A stretch of DNA of 64,000 nucleotides from NCBI GenBank assembly GCA_002269645.1, contig NIVC01000089.1, positions 372,001-436,000 on the forward strand, written 5' to 3'. Positions 63,041 to 64,000 of this stretch are shown here, piece after piece. Positions within the stretch are counted from its first letter, which is position 1, and the number at the start of each line of letters is the position of its first letter. The position numbers were made by a program, and so were the translations under genes. Origin of the DNA: Macrostomum lignano (taxonomy: Eukaryota). The notes under the pieces are model-generated. The model saw only the letters and a list, made by a program, of their open reading frames with translations. It did no database searches and was not told the DNA's origin.

Positions 63041-64000
63041 TTTATGTTTAGCAGTTTCGTGTTTTCAAGGTGTTTTATAAAAAATTATTTTGCACTACTA
63101 AGATTCGAACCCAGGTCGCTACGTTGGCAGTCCAGTCTGTTCGTATCTAGGCTATCTCTTTTCAATTGGAGTACATGAATTGTGGCCCTTATAATTAAAT
63201 TCTTACAGCAAGTCAATTGGGGTAAAAAGTTATGACATAATCAATTTCTCAGTCAGCCAGTATCAGTCTCAGTTCAAGTTAGCAATATTGGTTACGCAAT
63301 TTTAATCAAGTCGTGTGTGCATTTCTTCGGCACTGTTTTCAACTTGTTGTGATGCAATCTTTATGACAATCAGAATTCAGCCAGTCAGTTTTTTTCTCTA
63401 GCATTCTTACAATGAATTTTAGGTCGAAAGAGCTGCTTGACCTTTGCAAAAAAGCATGTTTTTCGAATATTTAATCCCTTTATCATTGAGCAATTTTTTA
63501 GCCAAGATGCATGTACCGTCCCAGGAAAATTTCTGATCGAATGGTGCAAGTTTGAAGAAAATCGGTTGAGCCATTTTTTCTGAAATCTATCGCATACCTA
63601 CCCACATACAGACAACTCATTTTTAGTATATACGAGTGGAACTCCTCCTTCGGAGGAGAAAGGGGAAGAACTCCCATCACCGGAATTCTATTCCCTAAAA
63701 TATCCATCAACTGAAATTCCATGTCTTTAACCCTATCTTCCAAATCGTCTCCAAATTCTTTACAAAATCTTTCAAAGACCATAGCTCAAAGACTCTCAAG
63801 TCTCTCATATCTCCTCTCTCCTCTCTTTCATCTCATCTCTACCCCTGCTCCCTTATTTATCTCTTCTCCCTCGTCTTTCGTCTGTACCTTCTCCTGTCTT
63901 CTGTCTCCTCTCTTCACTCTTATCTCTCCCTCTTCTCTCCTCTCTCATATGTCATCTCTACTCACTTATCTATCGTCTCTCTTAACCCTCTCTCTCTCTT

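Larger units (their letters stand above)
60014..63635 (-). mobile_element. Non-autonomous Helitron-like element carrying two minisatellite arrays
   Basis: 5' end TCGTATATACTAAAAATG, shared with the plus-strand copy at 56394. 3' end is hairpin GCCCCCC-ATC-GGGGGGC (60042-60026), 8 nt, then CTAG followed by T. It sits at an A^T site of the neighbouring repeat unit. No transposase ORF. Confidence 0.75.

Overview
Eukaryotic, intron-rich animal DNA. The GC-rich exons, polyQ/polyA tracts and minisatellite-filled introns resemble the flatworm Macrostomum lignano; this is an inference from sequence style, not a database match. All seven protein genes lie on the minus strand. From right to left: an orphan frameshifted beta-propeller exon, a 425-aa chimeric coiled-coil gene, a 593-aa coiled-coil plus NHL-like propeller gene lacking RING/B-box, a divergent PINK1-family kinase, a RIM/UNC-10 that appears to lack both Rab3-binding elements, a NIPA2-family Mg transporter, and an SPMIP4/C7orf31 homologue that runs off the left edge. 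I assembled exon chains by hand from GT(GC)-AG sites; the phases are consistent for every chain. Most long introns hold their own tandem repeat, and six unrelated arrays have a 23-bp period. The right end holds a non-autonomous Helitron-like family carrying tRNA-derived A/B boxes and satellite arrays: a 3.6-copy tandem array of ~1 kb, interrupted at an A^T site by an inverted relative with a canonical hairpin+CTAG end. Most long ORFs in the supplied track are translations of repeats. Protein homologies are from my recall of family motifs and need confirmation by search.
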